Source: Gammaproteobacteria bacterium
GTDB lineage: Bacteria > Pseudomonadota > Gammaproteobacteria > Steroidobacterales > JBCCMA01
Length of the DNA: 64,000 nucleotides
Direction of reading: 5' to 3'
Assembly: GCA_045106455.1 (NCBI GenBank)
Contig: JBGCEL010000009.1
Location: forward strand, 70,790-134,789
The position numbers and the translations under genes were made by a program. Below, in pieces: positions 8,556 to 18,341 of the stretch (within the stretch, counting starts at the first letter, position 1; each line of letters starts with the position of its first letter). The notes beneath the pieces were generated by a model that did no database searches, was not told where the DNA came from, and saw only the letters and a program-made list of their open reading frames with translations.

Positions 8556-10400
8556 ATGATGAACGGTGCTGTGTCCAGCAGCACGCGGACCACTTTTCAT
8601 CAGATCAGGGAGTACGGCGTTTTGTTATCAGCGCAGCGGCAGGAATTGCCCACAATATTGATACTGCAAGACGCTGACGGGCCCCGTTTTGAGCCCTTGA
8701 TGCCGTTGCTTGAACGGCGCCGGGTCTTACGCGTTAACGACGTGATCGAAGCACTCACCGTGCTTGAACATAACCACTTAGATTTAATTATCGTCGACGA
8801 ATCTGTGGACGGGCTGCGCGCAGCTGAGCTGTGCACATCATTACGCGCCTGCGACAGCAATGCCGACGTACCTATTCTTCTGCTCGGCGCCCCCCATGCT
8901 GATTATCGTCTTGCTGCATTCGCCGCAGGTGCGGACGGACTCATCGAACTCCCGTTGGACCCGCCTCTGGCCTCCGCTCAGATCGACGCAATACTGCGTC
9001 TCGATCGATTCGGTGCCAGACGCGAACTCAGCGAACGTCTGGCCAGCGCCGAGCAGCAGCTCTCCGTGCTCAAAGAATGCGACAGCGCGACCGGACTGCC
9101 CAACGCGGCCATGTTCGAATCCGCCGTCTCGCAGGAGCTGGCTCGGGCACAACGCGCCGAGTATGCGTTGGGCGTTTTGGTGGTGGAATTTAGCAACTAC
9201 GACACGCTTGGCACGCTGTGCGATCAACGTACGCTCGACGCGCTGATGCGTGCGATGGCCGACCGCCTCTCCGGGGCCGTGCGCGGTCGCGCTGTGGTCG
9301 GGCGTCTCGATGCTCGCTGTCTGGTGGTTTGTCAGCCGCTGCCGCGGGTGGACGAAATGACCCACGCCGTGACCCGCTATCGTCGTGTGTTGATGGATTC
9401 CTACGTGGTCGATGATCAGGAATACGAACTTGAATGCAGCATTGGCGGTAGCGTGTTTCCGACCGACGCCGACGATGCCGAACGACTAATCGGTCTCGCC
9501 GCAAGCGCCATGAGTCACGCGCGTCATCTCGGACGCAACAAATATCACTTGTTTGAACCGGCCGCGCGTGCCGATGCCAAACGCCGGCTCGAACTCGAAG
9601 GTCAGATTCGTCGCGCGATCAATGCCGACGGCATGCTGCTGCACTATCAACCCTGTCTGCGCCTGGAAGACGGTGCCGTCACCGGCGTAGAGGCACTCCT
9701 GCGTTTACGCGATGAGGACGGCGAGCTACTCAGTCCGCACGTGTTTATGTCGGTGGCCGAAGATTCCGGTTTGATGGAAGCGCTCGGGATCTGGGCACTG
9801 CGGCGTGCGTGCGAGGATGCCGCCGCGCTGCAAGCCGCGAATCTCAACGTCCGCGTCTCGGTCAATGTTGCCGGCGATTTGCTGATTAAAGAATCGTTTT
9901 GCGACGAACTAAAAACCGCGCTGGACGATTTCGATATCAACGGCTCGTGTTTGGAACTTGAGGTCACAGAGCGTGCCATCCAACCCAGTCGTCACGGTTC
10001 ACTCTATGCGCTGCAAGAACGCATGCGTCGAATTCAACGCGAAGGCGTGCGCTTTAGTCTGGATAATTTTGGCTCGGGTCAAACTTGTCTGAACGATCTG
10101 CGCCACGTGCCGCTCGACAGCATCAAACTCTCACAGGACATGATCACATCGATACCCGACGACGAACGCATGACCGCGTTTGTACAAAGTTTGCTTGCGG
10201 TGGGAAAAAGCTTGGGGATGCGCATGGTCGCACAAGGTGTGGAGCATCCCGAGCAGATGTCTTGCCTGCGTGACATGGGTTGCGACTCAGCGCAGGGGTA
10301 TTTGTTTGCCCACCCCATGGCCCTGGAAAAGCTCAAAGTGACTTTGCGTGGTTTGATCGACACTTGGGAAAGCGCTTACGGTCAGGCACGCGCCGGCTGA
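8556..10400 (+). CDS. REC-like / degenerate GGDEF / EAL phosphodiesterase protein
   Basis: The N-terminal receiver-like domain contains LDLIIVDE. EAL-domain motifs are intact (VEALLRL, DNFGSG, QGVE). By my hand alignment the GGDEF signature position reads DARCL, so the cyclase domain is probably inactive. Confidence 0.85.
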   Translation: MMNGAVSSSTRTTFHQIREYGVLLSAQRQELPTILILQDADGPRFEPLMPLLERRRVLRVNDVIEALTVLEHNHLDLIIVDESVDGLRAAELCTSLRACDSNADVPILLLGAPHADYRLAAFAAGADGLIELPLDPPLASAQIDAILRLDRFGARRELSERLASAEQQLSVLKECDSATGLPNAAMFESAVSQELARAQRAEYALGVLVVEFSNYDTLGTLCDQRTLDALMRAMADRLSGAVRGRAVVGRLDARCLVVCQPLPRVDEMTHAVTRYRRVLMDSYVVDDQEYELECSIGGSVFPTDADDAERLIGLAASAMSHARHLGRNKYHLFEPAARADAKRRLELEGQIRRAINADGMLLHYQPCLRLEDGAVTGVEALLRLRDEDGELLSPHVFMSVAEDSGLMEALGIWALRRACEDAAALQAANLNVRVSVNVAGDLLIKESFCDELKTALDDFDINGSCLELEVTERAIQPSRHGSLYALQERMRRIQREGVRFSLDNFGSGQTCLNDLRHVPLDSIKLSQDMITSIPDDERMTAFVQSLLAVGKSLGMRMVAQGVEHPEQMSCLRDMGCDSAQGYLFAHPMALEKLKVTLRGLIDTWESAYGQARAG

Positions 10401-10809
10401 GCGCTGCCACCATTGGCCATATTGCGCCTGCTTAAGCACAGTTTCTAACCACAGCAGCGCCGCACCAATGCGTTGCAATGCCTCTGTTGTTAAGCAAACA
10501 GAGGACCAACCCATGCATCCACTCGACACTGATCGCCGGCGCCAACTGCTGGCCGCCAGCGTGCGCCTTGAGCGCTGCCTGCGCGCCGAAACCACACTAC
10601 CGCGACAAATCGCACGGGCCAGACTCGTCGGATTGTTGCGGCCCGTCACGCCGTGGTCGTGGATATCGCTGTAGCGCGCTCAAGATTTATGGGCAGCCGC
10701 CGCTAGAGGCCATAGTGCATGAGAGTGCACTGCAACCCAGTGGCCGTCGTCGTGCCCTTACCGATCTTTTATGCCGGGGTCGGTTTCGGCGATGGCCACT
10801 GACTTTGCA

Positions 10810-12084
10810 TCAGGCCACGACGCGATTGCGACCGCTGTGCTTGGCCTCATACAGGCGACTATCCGCCGCGCTCAAAATAGTCTTGCGACGAAAATCTGAA
10901 AAGCTCTCGGCCAGACCAAAGCTCAGCGTAATTTCTACGCCCGGCGCGACAAAACTCCAGTCCTCCGATTCTACGGCGAAGCGCAGGTTCTCGCACAAAC
11001 GCATCGCTTCAGTCGAATGCGTGCCCGGAAAACACAGCAAAAATTCTTCACCGCCGTAGCGCGAGATCATGTCTGTTTCGCGACAGTGTTTGGCGAGCAG
11101 GGTCGCAACACGGCGCAGTACGGCGTCGCCTTTGGCGTGGGAGTGCTCGTCGTTGACCTGTTTGAAACGATCGATATCGGCCAGTGCAACGGTGAAGTCG
11201 TGGCCGTGCGCCGCGACATCTTCAAGCGTCTGATCCAGATAATCATCCGCGTAGCGACGATTGTACAAACCGGTGAGTTTGTCGTGCGTCGCCTGACGCT
11301 CAAGCTCCAGCGATTTTTCGTGCAGCTCGCGCGTCCGCTCCTCCACCAACACTTCCAATCGATGACGCATGTTCGCAAACTGCTTGAGCACTAGCATTCC
11401 CAGCCCAAGCACGGCAATCAGCAGAACCATCACCGAGGGCTCCATGCGGTTAAACACGATGGCCACCAGTACCGCGATGAGTACCGAGCTGAGCTCGACG
11501 GCGGTCGAGAAAAGATTGAAGTGTTTGCCCGGATCACCGCCGCGCAGATGTACCACCAGAAGCATCCACAAATCGTTCACGACCTGCATACTGAGCATCA
11601 GGAGCAGCAACAAACCGGCCGTCTGCGCATCAATTTTGAGCAGCGGAACCGGCCCGCCCAGTAGTGTGTACACGAAGCCGCAGCTGAGAATCATCAACGA
11701 CATCAAGCCAGCATTATTGAGCGACGCATTGAGCGCGTCTTTCACCGGCACGCCCTGCGCCACGCGATGCCACGGATAGAGCAACGACGCCATTCCATTG
11801 ATCAAAGCCGCCGCCACCGGACCCATCACCAAAATGCTCGCCACCTGTGCCACGCGATCGAACGACACGTGACCGTAGCTCGGATGCGGGTAGCCCATCG
11901 TGATCGAGAACAAACCAAACACGAGAAACAAAGCGGCGATGTCCCAGTCATCGCGCGCAATAGGAAAGCCGGTGCGCGACATCACCACCCCCATCACGAT
12001 AACCGCGCACACGAACAGCGCCGCACCAAAGGGTCGATCGAGACGCCGCTCCCTGGCCTCGGTGTTGTTCGAATTTTTGGTCAT
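10810..12084 (-). CDS. Membrane-anchored diguanylate cyclase (GGDEF domain)
   Basis: 424 aa with a multi-TM N-terminus and a coiled linker. The GGDEF domain has RYGGEEF and an RxxD I-site (RETD) just upstream. Confidence 0.85.
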   Translation of the reverse strand: MTKNSNNTEARERRLDRPFGAALFVCAVIVMGVVMSRTGFPIARDDWDIAALFLVFGLFSITMGYPHPSYGHVSFDRVAQVASILVMGPVAAALINGMASLLYPWHRVAQGVPVKDALNASLNNAGLMSLMILSCGFVYTLLGGPVPLLKIDAQTAGLLLLLMLSMQVVNDLWMLLVVHLRGGDPGKHFNLFSTAVELSSVLIAVLVAIVFNRMEPSVMVLLIAVLGLGMLVLKQFANMRHRLEVLVEERTRELHEKSLELERQATHDKLTGLYNRRYADDYLDQTLEDVAAHGHDFTVALADIDRFKQVNDEHSHAKGDAVLRRVATLLAKHCRETDMISRYGGEEFLLCFPGTHSTEAMRLCENLRFAVESEDWSFVAPGVEITLSFGLAESFSDFRRKTILSAADSRLYEAKHSGRNRVVA

Positions 12085-12113
12085 AGCGGTGGCGACGACG
12101 TTTGGGCGAATAG

Positions 12114-12536
12114 TTAGCCCTTATTGTACTTCTTATTCATATCGGCCACGGATCGCTCAATTAGGGTATTGAGTACGCCCTCATCAACATCCGACAGGCG
12201 CTTTATGTAAAGACAGGATTTGCCGATCTTGTGCTTACCCAGTTTCTTGAGCAGTGCGGCGTATTTATCGAAGCCCGGCATGATGTAAATGGCGATGTTC
12301 TGGGCGCGCGGGGATAGCCCAGTGAGCACAGCCGATCCGGTGCGACCGCTCTCATAGTGATAGTCGTAGCTGCCAAAACCCACAATGGTGGCACCCCACA
12401 TCTTCGCGCGTTTGCCGGTGGCCGCGCGCATCATGGTCATGATGGCTTTGCAGTCGGCGCGCTTTTGCGCGTCTTTAATACCCTTAGTGAAGTCACCCAC
12501 ACTGGCGTTGGTGGCGACCGTTTTGTTCTCGGCCAT
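12114..12536 (-). CDS. DUF1801 (YdhG-like) domain protein
   Basis: 140 aa. MWGATIVGFGSYDYHYESGRTG...LGKHKIGKSCLYIKRLSDVD is the typical DUF1801 pattern. Confidence 0.7.
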   Translation of the reverse strand: MAENKTVATNASVGDFTKGIKDAQKRADCKAIMTMMRAATGKRAKMWGATIVGFGSYDYHYESGRTGSAVLTGLSPRAQNIAIYIMPGFDKYAALLKKLGKHKIGKSCLYIKRLSDVDEGVLNTLIERSVADMNKKYNKG

Positions 12537-12556
12537 AGCGGCTGTCCCGTAGCGAT

Positions 12557-13999
12557 TTATTCCTCGAGTGTAGCCGAGGCGGTTTCGATTGCCAGCAATT
12601 GGCTGGCGTCGCCGCCCAATGACGTGAAAAGTCGCACCAGCTCAAGCCGCAGGCGCGTCTGCGCCTGCACCACTTCATCGTCGCGGGCGATGCGCTCACG
12701 CTGCGCATCGAGCAGACTCAGAAAATCACCCAAGCCGCGGTCGTACAAACCCTGCGCAATACCTTGCGCCCGTGCACTTGCTGCGGCCGAGGCGCGCAAA
12801 TGCTGCAAAGACTGGCGCTGCCCGTCAACGGCGGCGCGAGCACTGTGAGCCTCGGCAAGTCCGGCGAGCAGCACATTTTCCAAGTCAGCGTACGCGGCAT
12901 CCGCTCGTGCTCGCGCCGCTCGTTGATTGGCGCGCAAACGCCCGCCTTGAAAAATTGGCAACGACAAGCGCGGTGCCAAACCCAGCACACGACTGTTGCC
13001 TTGCACCAGATCGGCAAGCGACGCACTTTCGAGACCCGCCGACGCACCGATCCAAAGCTTGGGGAAAAACGCCGCCTCACTCACCCCAAGCTCGGCGACC
13101 ACCGCTGCCAAATTGCGTTCGGCGGCGGCCACGTCGGGTCGAGCGCGTAAGGATGCGGCGGGAACGCTCGGCACATCGTCGAACGAAAGCGCCGCAAACA
13201 CGCCATCGGCGCCCAACAGATCGGCGTTCGCGGTCATGCTGTCCAGCGGGCGCCCCCCAAGGACGGCCAGCCGACGGGCCGCCGCGTCAATCGCAGCATC
13301 GAGCGTGGGCAGCACACTTGCCACGGCTTCGCGCTGACCGCGGGCCCGCAGGGCATCGAGATCGCGGGCCAGGCCAATTGCCACTCGTTTTTCGATAATT
13401 TCCAGCGACTGGCTTTGCAGCGTTAGGTTGTTTCGAAAATTTGCACGTCGCGCAAGCGCGCCACGCAGCTCAAACCACGCCGATACGGTTTCGGCCACCA
13501 CGCCAAGCGCCACCGCGTCGCGCGCGGCGATACTTTGCTGCACACGGGCACGGGCCGCCTCGTTGAGTCGGCGAGTGCCACCAAACAAATCGAGGTCCCA
13601 CCGACCGGAGAGTGTGCTGGACCAAAACTCTACGTCCCGGTCTATCAGGCCCGCCGAAATCAGGGGTCCGGCACCCGCCGGCGAGTTAATACTCTGATCC
13701 GCAAACGTGTAACCGCTTTCGAGATTAACCGAAGGCAAGAAGGCGCTACGTGCCACGTCGCGTTGCGCTCGTGCTTCGCGCACGGTCGCGCGTGCGGCAA
13801 CGATGTCGTAATTAGATTGCAACGCGCGCTCCACCTGCGCATTCAATTGCGCGTCACCAAATCGCTCCCACCATTTGGACAGGTTTAGCGGTGCCTGCTC
13901 GATGCTCTGATAGCTTTTCGGCGGCACGTAATCGGGCCCCGCGGCACAGCCGCCAAGCGCAAGCAGCGTGACAACAAAAAGCGGCCCACGCCATCTCAT
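12557..13999 (-). CDS. RND efflux outer-membrane factor lipoprotein (NodT/OprM family)
   Basis: 480 aa with a lipobox (LLALGGC) and an OMF-type repeat architecture. It overlaps the upstream RND pump gene by 4 nt. Confidence 0.9.
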   Translation of the reverse strand: MRWRGPLFVVTLLALGGCAAGPDYVPPKSYQSIEQAPLNLSKWWERFGDAQLNAQVERALQSNYDIVAARATVREARAQRDVARSAFLPSVNLESGYTFADQSINSPAGAGPLISAGLIDRDVEFWSSTLSGRWDLDLFGGTRRLNEAARARVQQSIAARDAVALGVVAETVSAWFELRGALARRANFRNNLTLQSQSLEIIEKRVAIGLARDLDALRARGQREAVASVLPTLDAAIDAAARRLAVLGGRPLDSMTANADLLGADGVFAALSFDDVPSVPAASLRARPDVAAAERNLAAVVAELGVSEAAFFPKLWIGASAGLESASLADLVQGNSRVLGLAPRLSLPIFQGGRLRANQRAARARADAAYADLENVLLAGLAEAHSARAAVDGQRQSLQHLRASAAASARAQGIAQGLYDRGLGDFLSLLDAQRERIARDDEVVQAQTRLRLELVRLFTSLGGDASQLLAIETASATLEE

Positions 14000-16900
14000 G
14001 CCGGCACCGCCGCCGCCGCATCAAAGCGCAAGCGCCGCGTCAGCAAACGATAAACAGCGGGCGTGAAAAACAACGACAGTGTGATAGAGAACCCCACGCC
14101 GCCAGCAATGACGATCGCCAGTGGCGGCCAAAAATCACCGCCAGAGAGCAACAGCAGCGGCATAAAACCGCCGAGCGTGGTGAGCGTGGTGCTCACAATG
14201 TGGCGCGTGGCGCCTACGGTTTCACGCACGATGGCATCGCGCTGACCGCGCGTGGCGTCCGGGTCGGCGCGCAGGGCTGCAAGCACGACAATGGTGCCGT
14301 TGATCGCCACGCCGATTAGACCGGCACTGCCGATAATCGCATTAAAGCCCAGTGCAAACTGACCAATCCAAAGCGACAACATGCCAAGCCCAACCGCCAG
14401 AAATGCGACAGTACCGATCACCGCCGCCAGTGCCACAGAGCGAAACGACAGTATTAGAGTGGTGATCATCAACATCATTAAAATCGGCAGATAAATGAGC
14501 AGACTGCCAAACGCGTCTTGTTGTGCTTCGGTGTCGCCGGCTGCCTCGAGCGTGTAACCATTGGGCAACGTGAAGTTTTCTTCTTCCAGCAAATCGAGTA
14601 TCTGATTCGTGACATCCAGTGCCAACGCATCGGCACGCAGATAGCCAAGAATGTTGTTGACGCGTTGGCCATTGTAACGCGTGATGCCGGCGGCCTCTGG
14701 CACAAGCTTGAGTTCGCCCAGCGCCCAAATGGGAATCCAGTCGCGCGACAACGGGGTGACTAATCGCGTTGCGCTGATCGCCGCGAGGCTGTCGCGTTCG
14801 TCACGGGCGTAGCGAATACGCACCGGCAACGACTCAAGATCCTCAAGCACGGCACCACCGATCTGACCTTCCAGGCTCGCCTGCAGCTGCGCCGCGACGT
14901 TGGTGAGCGACAAACCGGCCAATTGCGCTGCCTCATCGTCGGCGTCCAATGAAAGCTTCGGTTCGCCGCCACGTATGCTGGCGCGCGTCTGGGTGATCGC
15001 CGGCACCTGATGCATGATGGCGCGCACCTGATCACCAAGCTGGCGCAAGGTATCGGTGTCCGGGCCTTGAATGCGAAAACCCACTGGCGAATCTACCGGC
15101 GGTCCCTGAGAAAAAGGCGCGACCACAATTTGGGCTTGCGGGTGCGCATTGCTGAGCTGACTTTGCAGCGCGGCCGTGAGGCGTTTGGCCGCGAGCACCG
15201 AGTCGGTGTACACCATCGCATGCGCATAAGACGGATTGCCGTTCTGCTTCATGATGCGGTTGTAATAGATGGTGGGGAAACTGCCGCCAACCAGCCAGTG
15301 CACTGCCGCCACGCCGTCGCGTTGGCGCAAATCCGTTTCGATGGCCCGCGCCACGGACGCCGTGCGTTCGATCGACGTGGCCGGCGGCAACCACACCTGA
15401 ATTTCAAACTGATCGCGATCGGCCGGGGGAAAGAACTCTTTGCCAAGCGTACTGGCAAGCACGAAACCACCCAGCGGCAAGATCAGGCACAGCGCAATCG
15501 TTAAGAGCGGTCGCGACACGGCCGTGGCAAGCGCCTGGCGATAACGCTTGCCGGTTTTTTCAAGACGGACACCGTGGCGCCAGAAGCGACCAGGACCATC
15601 GGCTGAGCGCGGACGCAGAAACATCGCGGCGAACGCGGGGATCAGCGTCATGGAAACGAAAAACGACGCCACCAATGCGAGCACCACAGATATTGCAATG
15701 GGGCCAACGAAATCACCCATCGCGCCGGGCAACAAAAACACCGGCATAAAACCAAGGATGGTAGTGAGCGTAGAGGCGAGCAGTGGAATGAAAAGATGTG
15801 CAATCGCTCCACGTGCGGCTTGGCCCGGCGTCTTGCCCCGATCGATGGCCTGCTTGATGTCATCGGTCATGACGATGGCGTTATCGATCAACAATCCGAT
15901 CGCGATGATCATGCCGAAGATGCTCATCTGATGCAGCTGTTGATCAAACAACGTCAGGCCGAACACCGCCAGCGAGCCTGATAGTGGTAACGCGGCGCCC
16001 ACCACCACTGCCGCGCGCCAGCCCATCCCTAAGAACACCACAATCATCACGACGACGGCGCCGGCCAGCAGATTGGTGCCCAGACCGCTCAGACGGTCGG
16101 CCGTGTAACCACTTTGGTCAAACACAATATCGACGCCCACCGCCGGCCCGATGTTTTCTTTAAAATCGGCGACAACGGTTTTGGCAGCGGCGGCCCAATT
16201 ATCCACACGGATATTTTCTTCCGTTCGCACGGCGATCAAAATGCCGCGTTGCCCATTGATGCGTGCGATATCGTAGGCCGGTTCTTGCCAGCGTCTGGTC
16301 ACCGTTGCGACATCGTCGACGCGCACCAAATTTGCCGCGCCGGCGCCACGCAACGGGATGGCGCCAATGCGTGCGGCGGAGTCGAGCTCACCGTTTACTT
16401 CAACGAACAAATCGCGGTCGCGGCCGCGCAGCGCGCCGGCGGGGACCTTGGGATCGTCCGCGGCGATGCGACCGGCGAGTTGGGTCACGGACAAATTCAG
16501 TGCGGCCAGCTGGTCCGGATCCACCTCAACAGAAATTTCCTCGCGCGGCGCGCCGTATAGACGCACTACATCGGTTCCATCGAGATCGCGTAGCTGGTCG
16601 GCCAGATCTAACGACAAACGATGTAGCACACCGAGTGCGGGTGCCTCTGCACGAGTCCAGGTAACGGACGCCACCAGACTGAATGCCACCGCACTGCTTT
16701 TGTCATCGAAAAATGGCTGACTGGCGCCGGCGGGAAAGCGGTTTGCGGCCGTAGCGATGCGATCGCGAATTTTAGAAAACACCGCTTCGTTGGTGTCGCG
16801 GGTGATGCTGTCCTGAAGTTCAAGCGCAATAACGGAGATGCCGGCACGCGACGTTGATTCCACTTTTTTTATCTCGGACAGCTCTTTGAGCTCGTCCTCG

Positions 16901-17124
16901 AGTACGTCGGTGACCAAGGCTTCGACGCGCTCGGCGGAAGCTCCCGGCACCTGCGTAATAATGCGCGGATAGCGGTTGGTGATGCGCGGATCTTCGATGC
17001 GCGGCATGTTGCTAATGGCCGACCAGCCGGCCATAAAAATAACGCCTATCAGTAGGACAAACGCATAACGGTTTTTGAGCAGGACACCGGCAAAGCGACT
17101 GGCCGGATGGTGCTCGCTAGTCAC
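13996..17124 (-). CDS. RND efflux transporter permease (AcrB/HAE1-like)
   Basis: 1042 aa with the 12-TM RND architecture and two large periplasmic loops. It overlaps both neighbouring genes by 4 nt. Confidence 0.95.
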   Translation of the reverse strand: MTSEHHPASRFAGVLLKNRYAFVLLIGVIFMAGWSAISNMPRIEDPRITNRYPRIITQVPGASAERVEALVTDVLEDELKELSEIKKVESTSRAGISVIALELQDSITRDTNEAVFSKIRDRIATAANRFPAGASQPFFDDKSSAVAFSLVASVTWTRAEAPALGVLHRLSLDLADQLRDLDGTDVVRLYGAPREEISVEVDPDQLAALNLSVTQLAGRIAADDPKVPAGALRGRDRDLFVEVNGELDSAARIGAIPLRGAGAANLVRVDDVATVTRRWQEPAYDIARINGQRGILIAVRTEENIRVDNWAAAAKTVVADFKENIGPAVGVDIVFDQSGYTADRLSGLGTNLLAGAVVVMIVVFLGMGWRAAVVVGAALPLSGSLAVFGLTLFDQQLHQMSIFGMIIAIGLLIDNAIVMTDDIKQAIDRGKTPGQAARGAIAHLFIPLLASTLTTILGFMPVFLLPGAMGDFVGPIAISVVLALVASFFVSMTLIPAFAAMFLRPRSADGPGRFWRHGVRLEKTGKRYRQALATAVSRPLLTIALCLILPLGGFVLASTLGKEFFPPADRDQFEIQVWLPPATSIERTASVARAIETDLRQRDGVAAVHWLVGGSFPTIYYNRIMKQNGNPSYAHAMVYTDSVLAAKRLTAALQSQLSNAHPQAQIVVAPFSQGPPVDSPVGFRIQGPDTDTLRQLGDQVRAIMHQVPAITQTRASIRGGEPKLSLDADDEAAQLAGLSLTNVAAQLQASLEGQIGGAVLEDLESLPVRIRYARDERDSLAAISATRLVTPLSRDWIPIWALGELKLVPEAAGITRYNGQRVNNILGYLRADALALDVTNQILDLLEEENFTLPNGYTLEAAGDTEAQQDAFGSLLIYLPILMMLMITTLILSFRSVALAAVIGTVAFLAVGLGMLSLWIGQFALGFNAIIGSAGLIGVAINGTIVVLAALRADPDATRGQRDAIVRETVGATRHIVSTTLTTLGGFMPLLLLSGGDFWPPLAIVIAGGVGFSITLSLFFTPAVYRLLTRRLRFDAAAAVPA

Positions 17125-18242
17125 GTTTGTGCCTGCGTGGCCAGGCGTACAAACTGGCCTGGCACAATTCGCTGCAGGCCGGCACGGATGACTTTGTCGC
17201 CGTCACCGAGCGTTCCGCGCACAAAGGCGCGATCCGTTTCCTGATAGATGATCTCTACCGGCCGCGGCTCTACTCTATGAGTCGCACCAACGACGCGTTT
17301 TTCGGCTGGCACGGCGATATACACCGTCCACAATCCGCGCTGCCCCTCGGCCAGCGCTTCGATGGGGAGCCACAGTCCGGATTGCTCAACGGATTGCTCC
17401 AGTGATAGCCGGGCAAGATCGCCGGCGCGAATCGAGCCGTCGGACGTCGGCAGATCGAACAAGACGTCGACCGTGCGGGAGACATCATTTCTTTGCGGCA
17501 AGCGCTGGCGTACGGTCGCCAAGACGGATTGATCCCCAATGGATAAATTATGGGCAGACCCGGGCTTGAGCGCGCTGAGCGCACGGCCAGCGACACCAAT
17601 GCGGACGTTGAGCGCGCCTTGTTCCTGCAACGTGAGCACGGGCTGACCCGGCTGCAGTACCTGACCTTCATCCACATGGCGTGCCGTGATCTGGGCATCA
17701 AAAGGCGCGATCAACGTCGATTTGTTTAAATCCACGTCGATACTCTTTAATCTCGATCGCGTTGCGGTCACGGTGGCGCGTGCGGTATCGGCCAGATTCA
17801 CGGCCTCATCGTATTGCTGCTGCGAAACACCGCGAAAATCGAGCGCTTCTTTCATCCGCTCCAGGGTTTTTTCGGCCAGATTGAGCTGCACGTCGGCTTG
17901 ATCGGCCAGAGCGGCCGCCTCAGCGCGCCGGGCCTGCAGTCGATCCGTATCCAGACTCGCCAGTGGATCACCGGCGCTGATGCGATCGCCTTCATCCACC
18001 TGCACGGCCTTGAGCAAGCCACCCAGCTCAAAGCCCGTCGCGCTGGTGCGGCGCGCTTCCACACGTCCGGTGAGCGACTGGCGCTGCCGGTAGCGCTGGT
18101 CGAAGCGGGCCTCGAAGACGGCCACCGGGATCGCTGCAGGCGCGGTCCCGGGGGTCCGGTCTTCGCTGCTGTTGCAGGCGCTGAGCGCACTGGCGGCACC
18201 GATGAGCAGCAGCGGGGCGATATTTAACTTATTGATAAACAT
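17121..18242 (-). CDS. RND efflux periplasmic adaptor (membrane fusion protein)
   Basis: HlyD/MFP-like sequence. I prefer the ATG at 18242 (MFINKLNIAPLLLIGAASALSAC, which carries a lipobox) over the ORF-track start at 18284. Confidence 0.88.
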   Translation of the reverse strand: MFINKLNIAPLLLIGAASALSACNSSEDRTPGTAPAAIPVAVFEARFDQRYRQRQSLTGRVEARRTSATGFELGGLLKAVQVDEGDRISAGDPLASLDTDRLQARRAEAAALADQADVQLNLAEKTLERMKEALDFRGVSQQQYDEAVNLADTARATVTATRSRLKSIDVDLNKSTLIAPFDAQITARHVDEGQVLQPGQPVLTLQEQGALNVRIGVAGRALSALKPGSAHNLSIGDQSVLATVRQRLPQRNDVSRTVDVLFDLPTSDGSIRAGDLARLSLEQSVEQSGLWLPIEALAEGQRGLWTVYIAVPAEKRVVGATHRVEPRPVEIIYQETDRAFVRGTLGDGDKVIRAGLQRIVPGQFVRLATQAQT

Positions 18243-18252
18243 TGAATTAGAT

Positions 18253-18341
18253 CCGAAATTTCGGGTGACAGCGGCTTGAATCAAGCATATACTAGACTGA
18301 CTAGTATGATCTTAGTTGTAACAAACTATACTGTCCAGTAT
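18253..18341. promoter_or_regulatory. Divergent promoter/operator region between the RND operon and tetR, carrying three inverted repeats
   Basis: CCGAAATTTCGG at 18253..18264. ATACTAG-N5-CTAGTAT at 18289..18307. The related ATACTG-TC-CAGTAT at 18328..18341 overlaps the tetR ATG. Confidence 0.4.

Noticed and set aside
10478-11059. 193-codon plus-strand ORF running from the 10.4-10.8 kb gap into the convergent GGDEF gene
   Set aside because: Most of it lies antisense to a well-supported GGDEF gene. Its composition (R/S/A/P-rich) is typical of a spurious frame.
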